63,142 nt of DNA, filler included, from Octopus bimaculoides (GCF_001194135.2; 7 parts of 6 records of this genome joined end to end with filler, not necessarily neighbours in it); one strand, 5' to 3'; shown: positions 1-14,042, numbered from the whole stretch's first letter. Notes: generated by a model not told the origin, from the sequence alone. Translations and numbers: made by a program.

Positions 1-210
1 ATAGCTGACGTAATCCATCACCACAGCCAACTTAATGACAAAAAGCGCAACTCAAAAGTAACTTATTTATTGGTGCTTGGCCGTGATGATGGATTACGTC
101 AGCTATGTTTACCTTAGTGATGGATTGTGGCAATCGTATACAAAAGTTAAGAACTCACCTCTCTATCTATTACATTTCTGCTGAGTTACCAGTCCTTTAT
201 ATAAACTAAA

Positions 211-241
<31 letters not shown>

Positions 242-639
242 TCCAGACTTCTATAACCTGCGATGAGATACTCTGTTATTTTCTGCCTATGGAGAAGTTA
301 GAATCCTGCTGGTAGTGGGTAGTTGGAATCCTGCTGGTAGTCGGGAGGGGTAATTTTTGCTGTTCAGTCCCCTCATCTAATTGGTCATCTATTGTTTTAA
401 ACTGTCTTGGCTTAGCTACAGTTGGACAACCATTAACCGGTCAAATGAATTAGGCATTAGTATATATATACATACATATACACATACATGTGCGCTTATA
501 TATTTACATACGTGCACACATACGTACACACATACATACATACTCACATGCCTGTATATATTTATATAAATGGAATGTATATAAATAAATATTTGTCTGT
601 ATGTATACACACATACACGACCACTACCCCTAGTGTGGT

Positions 640-807
640 CGAACTTACTGTGTCTGTGCAATAAGAAGCTTGCTTCCCAACCACATGGTTCTGGGTTCAG
701 TCCCACTGCATGGCATCTTGGGCAAGTGCCTTCTACTATAGCCTCGGGTCGGCCAAAGCCATGTGAGTGGATTTGGTAGACGGAAACTGAAAGAAGCCCG
801 TCGTATA

Positions 808-868
<61 letters not shown>

Positions 869-960
869 ATATGTTTGTGTGTCTGTGTTTGTCCCCCCAA
901 CATCACTTGACAACCGATGCTGGTGTGTTTACGTTCCCGTAACTTAGTCATTTGACTGAA
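640..960 (+). mobile_element. tRNA-SINE family A
   Basis: Shared core agcttgcttcccaaccacatggttctgggttcagtcccactg...cttgggcaagtg...gcccgtcgtatat...ttgacaaccgatgctggtgtgttt, present in more than 20 copies in the window. Confidence 0.8.
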
Positions 961-1703
961 ANNNNNNNNNNNNNNNNNNNNNNNNNNNNNNNNNNNNNNN
1001 NNNNNNNNNNNNNNNNNNNNNNNNNNNNNNNNNNNNNNNNNNNNNNNNNNNNNNNNNNNNNNNNNNNNNNNNNNNNNNNNNNNNNNNNNNNNNNNNNNNN
1101 NNNNNNNNNNNNNNNNNNNNNNNNNNNNNNNNNNNNNNNNNNNNNNNNNNNNNNNNNNNNNNNNNNNNNNNNNNNNNNNNNNNNNNNNNNNNNNNNNNNN
1201 NNNNNNNNNNNNNNNNNNNNNNNNNNNNNNNNNNNNNNNNNNNNNNNNNNNNNNNNNNNNNNNNNNNNNNNNNNNNNNNNNNNNNNNNNNNNNNNNNNNN
1301 NNNNNNNNNNNNNNNNNNNNNNNNNNNNNNNNNNNNNNNNNNNNNNNNNNNNNNNNNNNNNNNNNNNNNNNNNNNNNNNNNNNNNNNNNNNNNNNNNNNN
1401 NNNNNNNNNNNNNNNNNNNNNNNNNNNNNNNNNNNNNNNNNNNNNNNNNNNNNNNNNNNNNNNNNNNNNNNNNNNNNNNNNNNNNNNNNNNNNNNNNNNN
1501 NNNNNNNNNNNNNNNNNNNNNNNNNNNNNNNNNNNNNNNNNNNNNNNNNNNNNNNNNNNNNNNNNNNNNNNNNNNNNNNNNNNNNNNNNNNNNNNNNNNN
1601 NNNNNNNNNNNNNNNNNNNNNNNNNNNNNNNNNNNNNNNNNNNNNNNNNNNNNNNNNNNNNNNNNNNNNNNNNNNNNNNNNNNNNNNNNNNNNNNNNNNN
1701 NNA

Positions 1704-2240
1704 CTCTCGACAGGAAGAGGTCCAGCTTTGATTTAAAAACCCCTACATCTACTTTGTGCAGGTTCCTCAGGCTCTTTGGGAGAATATTAAAAAGCGGTGG
1801 GCCCCTGAAACCCAAACTGTTGCAGTAACTGTTCCTGAAGCGCGATGGCATTGCTGGGATCTTTGGCACTATGCAGTGTCGTCCCGTTCTGGCATTGGTG
1901 TAGCTTTCAATGCCAAAATTTGGCACAATTCCTTCCAGGATCTTCCAAATGTATATTACTGCATATCTCTCCCGCCTTCTCTCCAGGGAGTAGAGTCCTA
2001 GCTGTTTCAGCCTTTCTCAGTAGCTGAGCCATTGCAAAGAGACAATCTTCTTCGTGAATCTTCTCTGGTTTGTTTCAAGGTCCGCTGTTAATTTTACACT
2101 GTTGGATGACCATAGCTGTGCTGTGAGCAGTAATCCAGGTGACTGAGGACGTATGTCCTCCAGAGGACCATCATGGTTTCCTTATCTATGGTTCTGAATG
2201 TTCTCAGGATCCATCCAGCCAGTCGTCTGCATTTTGTCGC
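1704..2240 (-). mobile_element. CR1-clade LINE ORF2 3' fragment (degenerate)
   Basis: Translates to ...LAGWILRTFRTIDKETMMVLWRTYVLSHLDYCSQ...YSLERRRER...GRHCIVPK...SLGFRGPPLFNILPKSLRN...FKSKLDLFLSR, a typical CR1/L2-group C-terminus, with frameshifts. Confidence 0.8.
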
Positions 2241-3811
2241 CATCCTGGTGAGAGTGGATTTGTTAGACGGAAACTTAATGAAGCCTGTCGTATATATGTG
2301 TGTGTGTGTGTTTGTCCCCACTACTTTGCTTGACAACCGATGCTGGTGTGTTTAAGTACCCGTAATGTTGGGGTTCGGCAAAAGTCCTGTGGTCAATTTG
2401 TTCGTCTAAAGGCTGTGCTCCAGCATGGCAAATGACTAAAACAAATAAAAGAATATATACATACATAAATATATATACATACATATATACATACATACAC
2501 ATATATATGTTTATGTATATAATAGATAGGTATTGAAGAATGGACTTAGCAAATTGTGTTTAGTATGTATTAACCAATAAACATGGTTTACTAATTCCAT
2601 TTCTTGATACTTTTGTATTTGATTATATACTCTAGTGATGCTTTGTAAATTTTTGTATTTCTGGTGCAGTGGAGTCCTAAGAGACCTTCCCATTTTTCAA
2701 CTTACATATATCTGTGAATGAGGTAAATGTCTTGATTTTATATTCTAATATAGCATAATTCACCTACTATATATACATATATACATACAGACAATTTTAA
2801 ACCCTAGAATGTAAAATATTAACAATTGCTCAGCCAGCAAATTATAAAAAAAAACAAAAGTCAATTAAAACAGGTTTCAAAAGCCCCATAAAGTATCTCA
2901 AGTAGCAAAGATATGAAATAGATAGGAGATGAACATATCTCGAAAACAGAGATAAAGTAATACGAGACATAACAAACACAATGATATACTGAATAGGATT
3001 TGATCAATGGAAGAAGGAAAAGGATTCAACCAACAGGAAGATGAGTGCACTAAATAACTGATAAGACAAAGTAAACATTATGTCTGATTTCATATTATAC
3101 ACACACACATAAGGACAAAAGCTTAGCCATTACATTTGAGCAAGATTGAATTGCTAGCTTTTACCATGCATTAGCTAATCATTTTAGGTACCTGTGTACT
3201 CATGACCAGACAAAGACATCTACCGTTGGTTCAGCCAGACATCAACAGTATGACACATAAAGCAACAGAGGGCTACACAATCACTCCAACATTACTCAAT
3301 CTCAGTTATTTTATTTCTGTCTATATATCTTTCATCTTTTACATGTTTCAATCATTTGACCATGGGCATACTGGCACACAGATTTGAAGGGTTTTAGTTG
3401 AAGCAATTAATTCCAGAAATTATTTTTTAAAACCTGGTACTTATTTTATTGAGCTCTAGTACTGTATTGCAAAGCTACAGGGATGTAAACACACCAAAAC
3501 CAGTTGTCGAGCTTTGGTGGGGGGCACAAACACAGACACAAAGACATATTCTTTTATTTGTTTCAGTCATTTCACTGTAGTCATGCTGGAGCAATACCTT
3601 TTAGTCAAACAAATAGACCGCAGGGCGTATTCTTTGTAAGCCTAATACTAATTCTATCGGTCTCTTTTGCAGAAGCACTAATTTACGGGGACATAAACAC
3701 ACCAACACCAATTGTCAAGCGATGGCAGCAGGACAAACACAGAAGCACACTCACACACACATATCATCATCATCGTTTAATGTCCGCAAATGTATACAGA
3801 CACACATATGT

Positions 3812-3844
<33 letters not shown>

Positions 3845-3857
3845 TAGATGTATATAC

Positions 3858-3894
<37 letters not shown>

Positions 3895-4126
3895 CACATA
3901 TATATATGCATATGTATATATGCATATATATATATANNNNNNNNNNNNNNNNNNNNNNNNNNNNNNNNNNNNNNNNNNNNTTAATTAATTAANNNNNNNN
4001 NNNNNNNNNNNNNNNNNNNNNNNNNNNNNNNNNNNNATATATATATCATATTATATCTTATATATTTTGCCCGTTATGTCGTTCAATAAGTAAATACATA
4101 AACAGATAAAGAATAATTTTGCGTAT

Positions 4127-4171
<45 letters not shown>

Positions 4172-4593
4172 TACATATATATCTCAGGTCTCACTAGTGT
4201 TCTTGTAGCATGTAACCCAGTACGACATGTTGCATTATCGGGTTATCGATATCTATATAGGTAACCCCACTAAGATATGTGGAAGATAAATTTGGACAGG
4301 CTATTGGATAAGAATCAAGACTCGTCAGAGGGCCGAAACTCATGAGAATCAAAACTCAATCATGATAGGCAACATAGTCAAGAGTAGATGGTGTTCACCC
4401 GTTGTAATGAAGACAATCTATCTAGGCGAAGGATAACTCTAAAATAAAACCCGTTCAGTGATGACTAGCAACCAGCTGATACTATTTTGCACAGAAAAAA
4501 AAATTTATATCAAGATTTTATCGAATCATCTACAGACGGCTAATATAAATGATAATATAGATATATAATATTTAGTAGAAGTTACATGTATTC

Positions 4594-4756
4594 TTTAAAA
4601 CAATTTGATTCGCTTTCATGCGACTTAAACTTCCGCAGACCCCTAACAGGAATCCCTGTGTCTCTCTATTCGGGAATACAAAGCACGAAAGAGACGGACT
4701 ATTGTTAGGGACCTGCGTAACTTTAAGTCACATGGAACCAATCAAATTGTTTAAAA
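4594..4756. mobile_element. Small MITE with ~55-bp imperfect TIRs
   Basis: tttaaaacaatttgattcgctttcatgcgacttaaacttccgcagacccctaacag versus the reverse complement of ttgttagggacctgcgtaactttaagtcacatggaaccaatcaaattgtttaaaa. Confidence 0.7.
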
Positions 4757-5689
4757 TAATACACACACACACGCACGCACACGCATGCACACACATGCAT
4801 ACACACACGTACTTTTTTAGGGTATGGGGGATATTCCAATCTTACAGGCTACAAGATCATCTGAATTCGCGTGTGCACTCGCGCGTGCACGAGTGTGTGT
4901 GTGTGTATACACACATATATCTTTGTATGTATGCATTGATTTTTGTCGACGTCGATCACCTCTAGCCTTCAAGATAATATCTGCAGATTATAGCATTTCA
5001 TTCTGTTACTTGAACTGTTGAAATAGATACAAAACAAAACATAAAGAAAAGTAAAACGGAATTTTCTGTCTAGTTAATTAGAAAGAACTCCACAACTCCT
5101 TGTATTCAATAGCTCTGGGAAATACATATTGAAAAATATTCTTGCTTACATTCATTGACATACACATTCTTATGGTTTCTGAACTAGATGGAGTGATGCA
5201 TATTAGCTAACAATAACAGAAATGCGAAGCTGGAATCGTAATACCCTTTCCCTGAAATAGTGAGTTCTGCTGCAAACATAGTATTGCAGTACTTTGCCTT
5301 CCCACACATTATAATCATTCACAGGTAAGTACATGTATACATACATGCAATCAAATAATATATGCATACATATTTACATACGCGCGCGCTCATATATATA
5401 TATACACACACACACAAACACACATATATACATACAAACACACAGATATATATATATATATATATANNNNNNNNNNNNNNNNNNNNNNNNNNNNNNNNNN
5501 NNNNNNNNNNNNNNNNNNNNNNNNNNNNNNNNNNNNNNNNNNNNNNNNNNNNNNNNNNNNNNNNNNNNNNNNNNNNNNNNNNNNNNNNNNNNNNNNNNNN
5601 NNNNNNNNNNNNNNNNNNNNNNNNNNNNNNNNNNNNNNNNNNNNNNNNNNNNNNNNNNNNNATATGATATGTACATAGAGAAGCGATCA

Positions 5690-6410
5690 CCAGTAGATTT
5701 ACTGTAACCTTCATACTAGACGCAGTCAACTTCATCCTCTTAAACAATACATTCTTTTTCAGTGGAAAAAACTACCTCCAAATTCGAGGCACAACTATAT
5801 GGACGCAATTTGCTCCAGATTTTGTGAACTCAGTATTGGGATATTTGGAATAAAACCTCTATTAAAAAAATTGAAGAGAACTACGGCATAACCTTTCAAA
5901 GATATATAGAGGACATATGGAAAAGCTAACTCGATGATTGTTTCCTAATTTGGATCAAATCCCTAGAAAATCTGGAAGAATTCAGCACCCTCATCAACAA
6001 TTTCCACCCTACTCTCAAATTCACAAGAGAAATGAGCAACACACAATTACCATTCCCTGACCATAATGGTAATTAAATGCAACACCACAATTACAACTGA
6101 TTTTTATTACAAAAGCATACAAAACGCAATATCCCGTACTGTCTAGCTAGGAAAACTTATACTGAAGCAGATGATCCAAATACCAGAAACACACGACTTA
6201 CAGAACTCAAAGGATTTCTGCTCAAGCAAAATTACCCTCTCCTACTTATAGAAAATAACATACAACAAGCAAAAGAAATACCTATAGAACAACTTAAGAC
6301 AACGCGAAAAAGATGAGCCCAGCAACAGAATATAATACTAGTAATACACAATCCGCATCACCGAAACATTTTTAACATCATCAAAACAAATTTGCCATTC
6401 ATCTTCCCGC
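5690..6410 (+). mobile_element. Penelope-like element, degenerate RT region
   Basis: Fragments LNNTFFF..NYLQIRGT..FAP, (Y)xDDCFLIW, NNFHPTLKFTREMSNTQLPF(L)D are characteristic of PLE reverse transcriptase; multiple stops and frameshifts. Confidence 0.75.
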
Positions 6411-6581
6411 TTTCACCTTTGTGTTTATGTGAAAATTTGTGCTTTGGTCATTTTGACTACTACATTTAGCATGCTGATATTACTTGTTAGTACCCTTAAT
6501 TATTAATGTGTGTGTATGTGTGTTATATATGTATATATGAATGTGTGTATATATGTATTATATATATGTATATGTATGTGT

Positions 6582-6632
<51 letters not shown>

Positions 6633-6720
6633 TGTGTAATGTCACAATAAAGACTCCCAATGAAACAATATGGGATTTTTACGCATGCTAAATTACTGAT
6701 ATTATCATACACAATAATAT

Positions 6721-6755
<35 letters not shown>

Positions 6756-7254
6756 NNNNNNNNNNNNNNNNNNNNNNNNNNNNNNNNNNNNNNNNNNNNN
6801 NNNNNNNNNNNNNNNNNNNNNNNNNNNNNNNNNNNNNNNNNNNNNNNNNNNNNNNNNNNNNNNNNNNNNNNNNNNNNNNNNNNNNNNNNNNNNNNNNNNN
6901 NNNNNNNNNNNNNNNNNNNNNNNNNNNNNNNNNNNNNNNNNNNNNNNNNNNNNNNNNNNNNNNNNNNNNNNNNNNNNNNNNNNNNNNNNNNNNNNNNNNN
7001 NNNNNNNNNNNNNNNNNNNNNNNNNNNNNNNNNNNNNNNNNNNNNNNNNNNNNNNNNNNNNNNNNNNNNNNNNNNNNNNNNNNNNNNNNNNNNNNNNNNN
7101 NNNNNNNNNNNNNNNNNNNNNNNNNNNNNNNNNNNNNNNNNNNNNNNNNNNNNNNNNNNNNNNNNNNNNNNNNNNNNNNNNNNNNNNNNNNNNNNNNNNN
7201 NNNNNNNNNNNNNNNNNNNNNNNNNNNNNNNNNNNNNNNNNNNNNNNNNNNNNN

Positions 7255-7304
<50 letters not shown>

Positions 7305-7685
7305 ATGAATGTGTGTATCTGTATCTACAAACATACAGACTAACTCACAGACACGCGTTCACATGCACCGTACATAAACGCATTATGTTTCCATATGCAT
7401 ATTTACACTCATGTATATCCACACGGCATAGCTATAGCGCCATTGTCTGGACATTTTTACCTGGAACCATAGTAAACCAGAGATGAGAATACAATGCAAT
7501 TAACTGTGTATACAAGAATACAGCACTCTTTGACTTCCCAGGAAGTCTCTTGCAATGAACACCGTTAAATTTCTTGCGGCTATATATTATATATAGATAC
7601 TTACTGATGTCTTCTCATTTGATGGAGAGAAATGCAAGTATACATATGAAGTGTGTAAGTAAGAGGAAATAAGTAGAGAGAGAGC

Positions 7686-7749
<64 letters not shown>

Positions 7750-7844
7750 AAGAGAGAGAGAGAACAAGGAATAGATAATTGAGACAGACAGACAAATGTA
7801 TAGATAGCCTGGCAGACAAACACAGACAAATAGACAGATAGACA

Positions 7845-8040
7845 GACAGACAGACAGACAAAAGGATGGATGGATATATAACAGACAAATAGCTAACTAG
7901 CTAGATAGATTAGATAGACAGACAGACAAAAGGATGGATGGATATATAACAGACAAATAGCTAACTAGCTAGATAGATAGATAGACAGACAGACACAAGG
8001 ATGGATGGATATATAACAGACAAATAGCTAACTAGCTAGC

Positions 8041-8045
<5 letters not shown>
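7845..8045 (+). repeat. Compound minisatellite, ~65-bp unit x3
   Basis: Unit (gaca)n-aaaggatggatggatatataacagacaaatagctaactagctagatagat. Confidence 0.85.
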
Positions 8046-8104
<59 letters not shown>

Positions 8105-8779
8105 CATACATACATACATACATACAAGATGTTTTTGTTCCTAAAATTGTATTGGATCTGTATTGAATTGCACTGTTTAGAACGGTGAGTTTCCTAAATC
8201 TATAGTCATGATTTCGGGATCAACACAGTCTCATCTTCATAATGAATGGACGACGGTATGTATGCTTCCCTCTTTATAGTATGCATGGATATTATTTTTA
8301 ATACTGTGCTATTTTATAAATACTTTTTTCCGTTGCTAATCAGCTCCTTTCAGGAGAAATTCTGTTGAATATAGATGTGTTATCCATCAGTGTTTTTTTT
8401 TTTTTTTTTTTTTTTATGGGGTTGGTTTAGAGTTTTGTGCTGTATAATACATTGGTGTTGTTCATTCACGTTGATGAAAAATTTGCGGAACTATATCTCT
8501 ATTATACTTTTATCGAAGCATTTACTAGAGCACTTATTTATATATATATTACAGTATTAATTTTGATACGCGGTGATTCACGAATATGACTAACTAAAAA
8601 ATTACATCTAGAATCCATTAGTGAAACTGAAATTTTGTCCAACTATCAGGAAAGCTGTAGCAGGTACATATATACAGTGTAGCCATGTATTATACGCATA
8701 TGTATCCCATACATATCTAACACATAACAATAGCAAACATGCAGACATACGTATGTAGTTGCATGCATAAGTAGTCATA

Positions 8780-9545
8780 CACATACATACATACATACAT
8801 ACATACATACATGATGGCTGCCCCCTCGTTATCGAGTATGGCCATTGCACGAAGCTTAACTTAACGGTGCTGTGATCGAATGTGACTTTTTAACCCAGCC
8901 AAAGATCTACAATGTCTTGCACAGAGTTGGCATCCAAAACCTTTACTGGCAATAGCTGGCTGTTGTTGTAATTGGGCTCCATGTACCTTTTCATGTCGTT
9001 TAAGTCCTCCTGCTGAATCACACTCCCTTCCACATGCCCGACAGACATGATTAGTATGATGTGTAGCATCATCACCAGCNNNNNNNNNNGCCCCCTCGTT
9101 ATCGAGTATGGCCATTGCACGAAGCTTAACTTAACGGTGCTGTGATCGAATGTGACTTTTTAACCCAGCCAAAGATCTACAATGTCTTGCACAGAGTTGG
9201 CATCCAAAACCTTTACTGGCAATAGCTGGCTGTTGTTGTAATTGGGCTCCATGTACCTTTTCATGTCGTTTAAGTCCTCCTGCTGAATCACACTCCCTTC
9301 CACATGCCCGACAGACATGATTAGTATGATGTGTAGCATCATCACCAGCGGCCTGGTAGTCAATCATCGGTCTTGCTTTATGTCTACGATGATGACTCAT
9401 AAGTCCAGCTTTACTGAGGCACGGTCTTGCACAGACACTGCATGTCAGTGTCATGGGAAGACCCTTACCATCTGGAAGTGCAACAACAATGCCCTTCCTG
9501 ACATCCCGCCTTAATTTCTCATGTGCAATTCACGATTTCTCAAAA
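8780..9545 (-). mobile_element. 5'-truncated RTE-type LINE 3' end with three C2H2 zinc fingers and an (ATGT)n tail; 8820-9079 is duplicated at 9090-9349 across a 10-N gap
   Basis: HEKLRRDVRKG...CSVC..HHRRH...CRAC..HEKVH...CQLC..HIRSQH*, then a short 3'UTR GGCCATACTCGATAACGAGGGGGCAGCC and a microsatellite tail, as in RTE/BovB-like ends. Confidence 0.75.
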
Positions 9546-11322
9546 ATACATACATACTAAGTTGAACTTATCAAAATTCCGATGCAAAGTTTTAACTCTG
9601 GAATGGAAACCGTATCTTCTATCGGTGATAATTTTTTTAAATAATGTTAGAACTGAAAAACCACGGTTTTCAGAATAAGAAGGAAATCAACCAGCTAATA
9701 CGCACATTACAAATGTAATCTGTAGGCGGAACAGTAAAAGTATGCATGAGGTTTCTCAAGTTCAAAATGTGACATTGTTTTTGTTATCTACATTCCAGCT
9801 CCTTCTTTGCAGGAAGACTTCAAGTAATTAAACACAGAAGAGAGCATAAATACGCTTACACAGATATAATGGATCGTCTGTTCAGAATGAAGTTATCTTT
9901 CCTTATCGTTAAAGTATATATAGCTTAAGATACCAATTTTAGCAGTTTCTCACTCAACCAGCGACTTTTAACCATTGACACACGTCCCCACTGCTTCAGG
10001 AATACCTGCTTTAAATTGTGGAGAATAGTAAACAACATAAAAACGACAGCTATATTTATATTAGCTTAGATAAGGAACGAGATGCATACGAAAACTTGGT
10101 ACATGACACATTGTCACTCAATATTTCATATATTTAGACGCTATTTACACATGTAGATGATTGTTTTTTACAACTTTGATAAGAGGGGAGAAAGTCTCAT
10201 CAAAATTATGTAATATTCTATAAAGAACACGATTTCTTTGAGTCTGGCCTTGCATTATACTTACAGAATTGCTTAGAACAAGCGGGTAAGTTATTCTGGA
10301 TTAGTTAAATAAATATTGTGATTTTGAAAACACTAATTCAGACTATACTCATATCAAGAAAAAATGTCTGTAATTAGAAGGCGCCGGCAGAGTTGTAAAA
10401 ACGGCAGAGTAACTGATTAGTTTGTTCCATAATGTTCTGAATTCAAACTCCATTGGATTTTATCTGAGGTGGGTAAAATCAGTAATTAAAACAAGTACTG
10501 AGTCATTTCAATCATTGCTATATGACTGCTTGTAAATACATCTTTAGTCTCTACTTTATCCCGTGCTTTGGGACACAGCGGTCCACCTTCGCCTGCTATG
10601 CCTGTTTAGAATTGCAAAGGCTTTCTTTGTTTCTCTTTAGTCTGTTTCACAAGAAAGCTAGTTTTTCTTAGAATTTGCTGGCCCCTAGTTCAAGCCCATC
10701 TCGAATCGTAGGCTAGAGATTCTTGTTATTTAAAATCACTATAACCAGACAAAATTCGACAGATTCTGGGGGAAGAAAAGTAACTGACACTCTGTACTTG
10801 ACAGGTGCTTGATTTTATTGACCTCACAAGGATAAACGGAAACACTAATATTTGCAAGATTTCAACGTAGAATGTATAGAACTGGAACAAATACTCAAAG
10901 GCACTAGTTTGACCCTTTAGAAATATCCCACTCGATCCCCTCATATGTGCCCGTACACGCTTGTGTTTGTTTTCTGTATATGTGAAATAAATAGACAAAC
11001 AGACAGACAGATAATCAGACAGACAGACGGACAACGGACGGACGGATTTCCTTTATATTTTATACTTTACTTTTTACAGTCATTAGACTGCGCTCATGCT
11101 AAAATAACATCTTGATGGGTTCAGCTCCTGTGCTTAATTTGATTTTAAGTCTGGTGTTTATTCTATCGATTTCTTGCCGTTCTGCAAAGTTCCAGGGACG
11201 CAAACAAACCAACACCGGTTGTCAAGCTGTTGGTGAGGACAAACTCATACACAAAAATACATTTATAGGTACATGTATGTTGCATATTCATACATACATA
11301 CATACATACATATATATATATA

Positions 11323-11358
<36 letters not shown>

Positions 11359-11519
11359 CGCACACACACTCACGCACACACGGGCTTCCATGCAGTTTCC
11401 GTCTTCCAAACTAACATAGTTTACTTGTCCCGTACCTATAACTAAAGACATTTATCGAAGGTGTCACTCAGTGGGAGTGATCCCAAAGTCTCGTAGTTGC
11501 AAAACGATCTTCATAACCA

Positions 11520-11790
11520 TACAACCATACCCATCCCGATTTTTGAGAGGTTCGCAGGTGTAGAAGCTTCAAGCACTTTTTCCATAGCATCCAGTCTGAA
11601 GTAACCATTGTTAGACTTTCCGACTGGAATCTCAGACGGGACCAACTAAGATTGTAGACATAATTCAACCATTTCGTTCTTGTTCTACGCCTAGGTCTCC
11701 AGCCGTTTGTCTTTGCTTGAAAAAACCGTCTTGCGCTTCTTTCCTGCGACATTCTAATCACATGTCAGTAATAACGCAATCATAGCCTCT
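11520..11790 (-). mobile_element. RTE LINE 3' fragment
   Basis: RMSQERSARRFFQAKTNGWRPRRRTRTKWLNYVYNLSW resembles the RTE 'G.R.RGRPR.RW.D' C-terminal motif. Confidence 0.7.
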
Positions 11791-12188
11791 TAATGCGGAG
11801 AAGTAGCAGTTCGATACTTTACCAAGTTGATAACCCCAAATATGGTTCGGTTCCTCTCCTCATACATTCCATTATATTTCTCCTCTTCCATCTTCTGCTA
11901 TGTCACATTTTCTCATTTTATATCTATTATTGCTTCCAACAACTACACTTAGTTCGTTATTGCTGTTTTGCTGATGCTTAATTTTGTTTTTACGTGTTAA
12001 TATTTATATTAAAACCACTGTAATTCACTTACTCTTACATTGGAGAAGCTAAATTTATATATTGAAACAATTGCACTGTTGTCAGGCTAATGTACTGTTG
12101 CTATCGTTAAGAGGTATTGACGTAACATATATATATGGTGTATTTACTGAGCTGTAGTCTCCACGAATTTAACTCGAGATTTATGAAG

Positions 12189-12232
<44 letters not shown>

Positions 12233-12243
12233 CATGCAGTCAT

Positions 12244-12278
<35 letters not shown>

Positions 12279-12687
12279 NNNNNNNNNNNNNNNNNNNNNN
12301 NNNNNNNNNNNNNNNNNNNNNNNNNNNNNNNNNNNNNNNNNNNNNNNNNNNNNNNNNNNNNNNNNNNNNNNNNNNNNNNNNNNNNNNNNNNNNNNNNNNN
12401 NNNNNNNNNNNNNNNNNNNNNNNNNNNNNNNNNNNNNNNNNNNNNNNNNNNNNNNNNNNNNNNNNNNNNNNNNNNNNNNNNNNNNNNNNNNNNNNNNNNN
12501 NNNNNNNNNNNNNNNNNNNNNNNNNNNNNNNNNNNNNNNNNNNNNNNNNNNNNNNNNNNNNNNNNNNNNNNNNNNNNNNNNNNNNNNNNNNNNNNNNNNN
12601 NNNNNNNNNNNNNNNNNNNNNNNNNNNNNNNNNNNNNNNNNNNNNNNNNNNNNNNNNNNNNNACACACACACACACACACACACACA

Positions 12688-12741
<54 letters not shown>

Positions 12742-12913
12742 ACAAATTAACGTTGGTATGGAACAGCTGTTCATTAATGTATGTCTGGTTGTAAACACAA
12801 CTGTGAATTCTATTAATCATTTCCGACCTACAAATTCCGAAACTACAAACTATAAATTATGGTTGTGTACGTTCGCTTCTGTTACTCTGCTTGTATGCTA
12901 CCCAACAACATTC

Positions 12914-12961
<48 letters not shown>

Positions 12962-13554
12962 NNNNNNNNNNNNNNNNNNNNNNNNNNNNNNNNNNNNNNN
13001 NNNNNNNNNNNNNNNNNNNNNNNNNNNNNNNNNNNNNNNNNNNNNNNNNNNNNNNNNNNNNNNNNNNNNNNNNNNNNNNNNNNNNNNNNNNNNNNNNNNN
13101 NNNNNNNNNNNNNNNNNNNNNNNNNNNNNNNNNNNNNNNNNNNNNNNNNNNNNNNNNNNNNNNNNNNNNNNNNNNNNNNNNNNNNNNNNNNNNNNNNNNN
13201 NNNNNNNNNNNNNNNNNNNNNNNNNNNNNNNNNNNNNNNNNNNNNNNNNNNNNNNNNNNNNNNNNNNNNNNNNNNNNNNNNNNNNNNNNNNNNNNNNNNN
13301 NNNNNNNNNNNNNNNNNNNNNNNNNNNNNNNNNNNNNNNNNNNNNNNNNNNNNNNNNNNNNNNNNNNNNNNNNNNNNNNNNNNNNNNNNNNNNNNNNNNN
13401 NNNNNNNNNAAGAGAGAGAGAGAAAGAGAGAGAGAGAAAGAGAGAGAGAGAAAGAGAGAGAGAGAAAGAGAGAGAGAGTATTAAACGAGGATTTTGATGT
13501 ACATGTGAACGTCTGTGAGCGTGCGCTCCCCACTACATATGCACACACCTGATA

Positions 13555-13592
<38 letters not shown>

Positions 13593-13686
13593 GACAAATA
13601 GACAGACAGATAGACAGATCAGCAAGTATCTATTTACATTAATATAATGTCTGTGACTGCATAGCCAACTATTATCTGTGTGTATC

Positions 13687-13739
13687 AGCGTGTGTGCGAG
13701 CGCGCGTGTGTGCGAGCGCGCGTGTGTGCGAGCGCGCGT
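13687..13739 (+). repeat. CpG-rich 16-bp minisatellite x3
   Basis: Unit gcgtgtgtgcgagcgc. Confidence 0.85.
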
Positions 13740-13763
13740 ATGAGAATTTGTGTGTGTTTGTAT

Positions 13764-13802
<39 letters not shown>

Positions 13803-14004
13803 ACTTCCAAAAGGAATTCAATGCATTGTAAATGAAGAATATATAATTGAATTTCCGACCTTTCAGCTAGCCGATACACACACACATACGCGCACACACA
13901 CACACGCACGCCTAGGCGCACGCAAGCATCTGTTTAGACGTATATAATGCCAGCATGGATGCGTGTGTGTGTATGTGCGTATGTGAATGCATATATATAT
14001 ACGA

Positions 14005-14042
<38 letters not shown>

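Noticed and set aside
7845-8045. CRISPR-like repeat array (also considered for 49426-49505)
   Set aside because: These are eukaryotic tandem repeats without unique spacers, and no cas genes are present.
8820-9349. Apparent tandem duplication of a zinc-finger cassette (two ORFs, 8861-9115 and 9131-9454)
   Set aside because: The two 260-bp copies appear base-identical and sit exactly either side of a 10-N gap, the pattern of unmerged overlapping contig ends.
9131-9454. Host C2H2 zinc-finger gene
   Set aside because: No TGEKP linkers; it has an RTE-like upstream peptide, 3'UTR and microsatellite tail, so it was treated as a LINE end.
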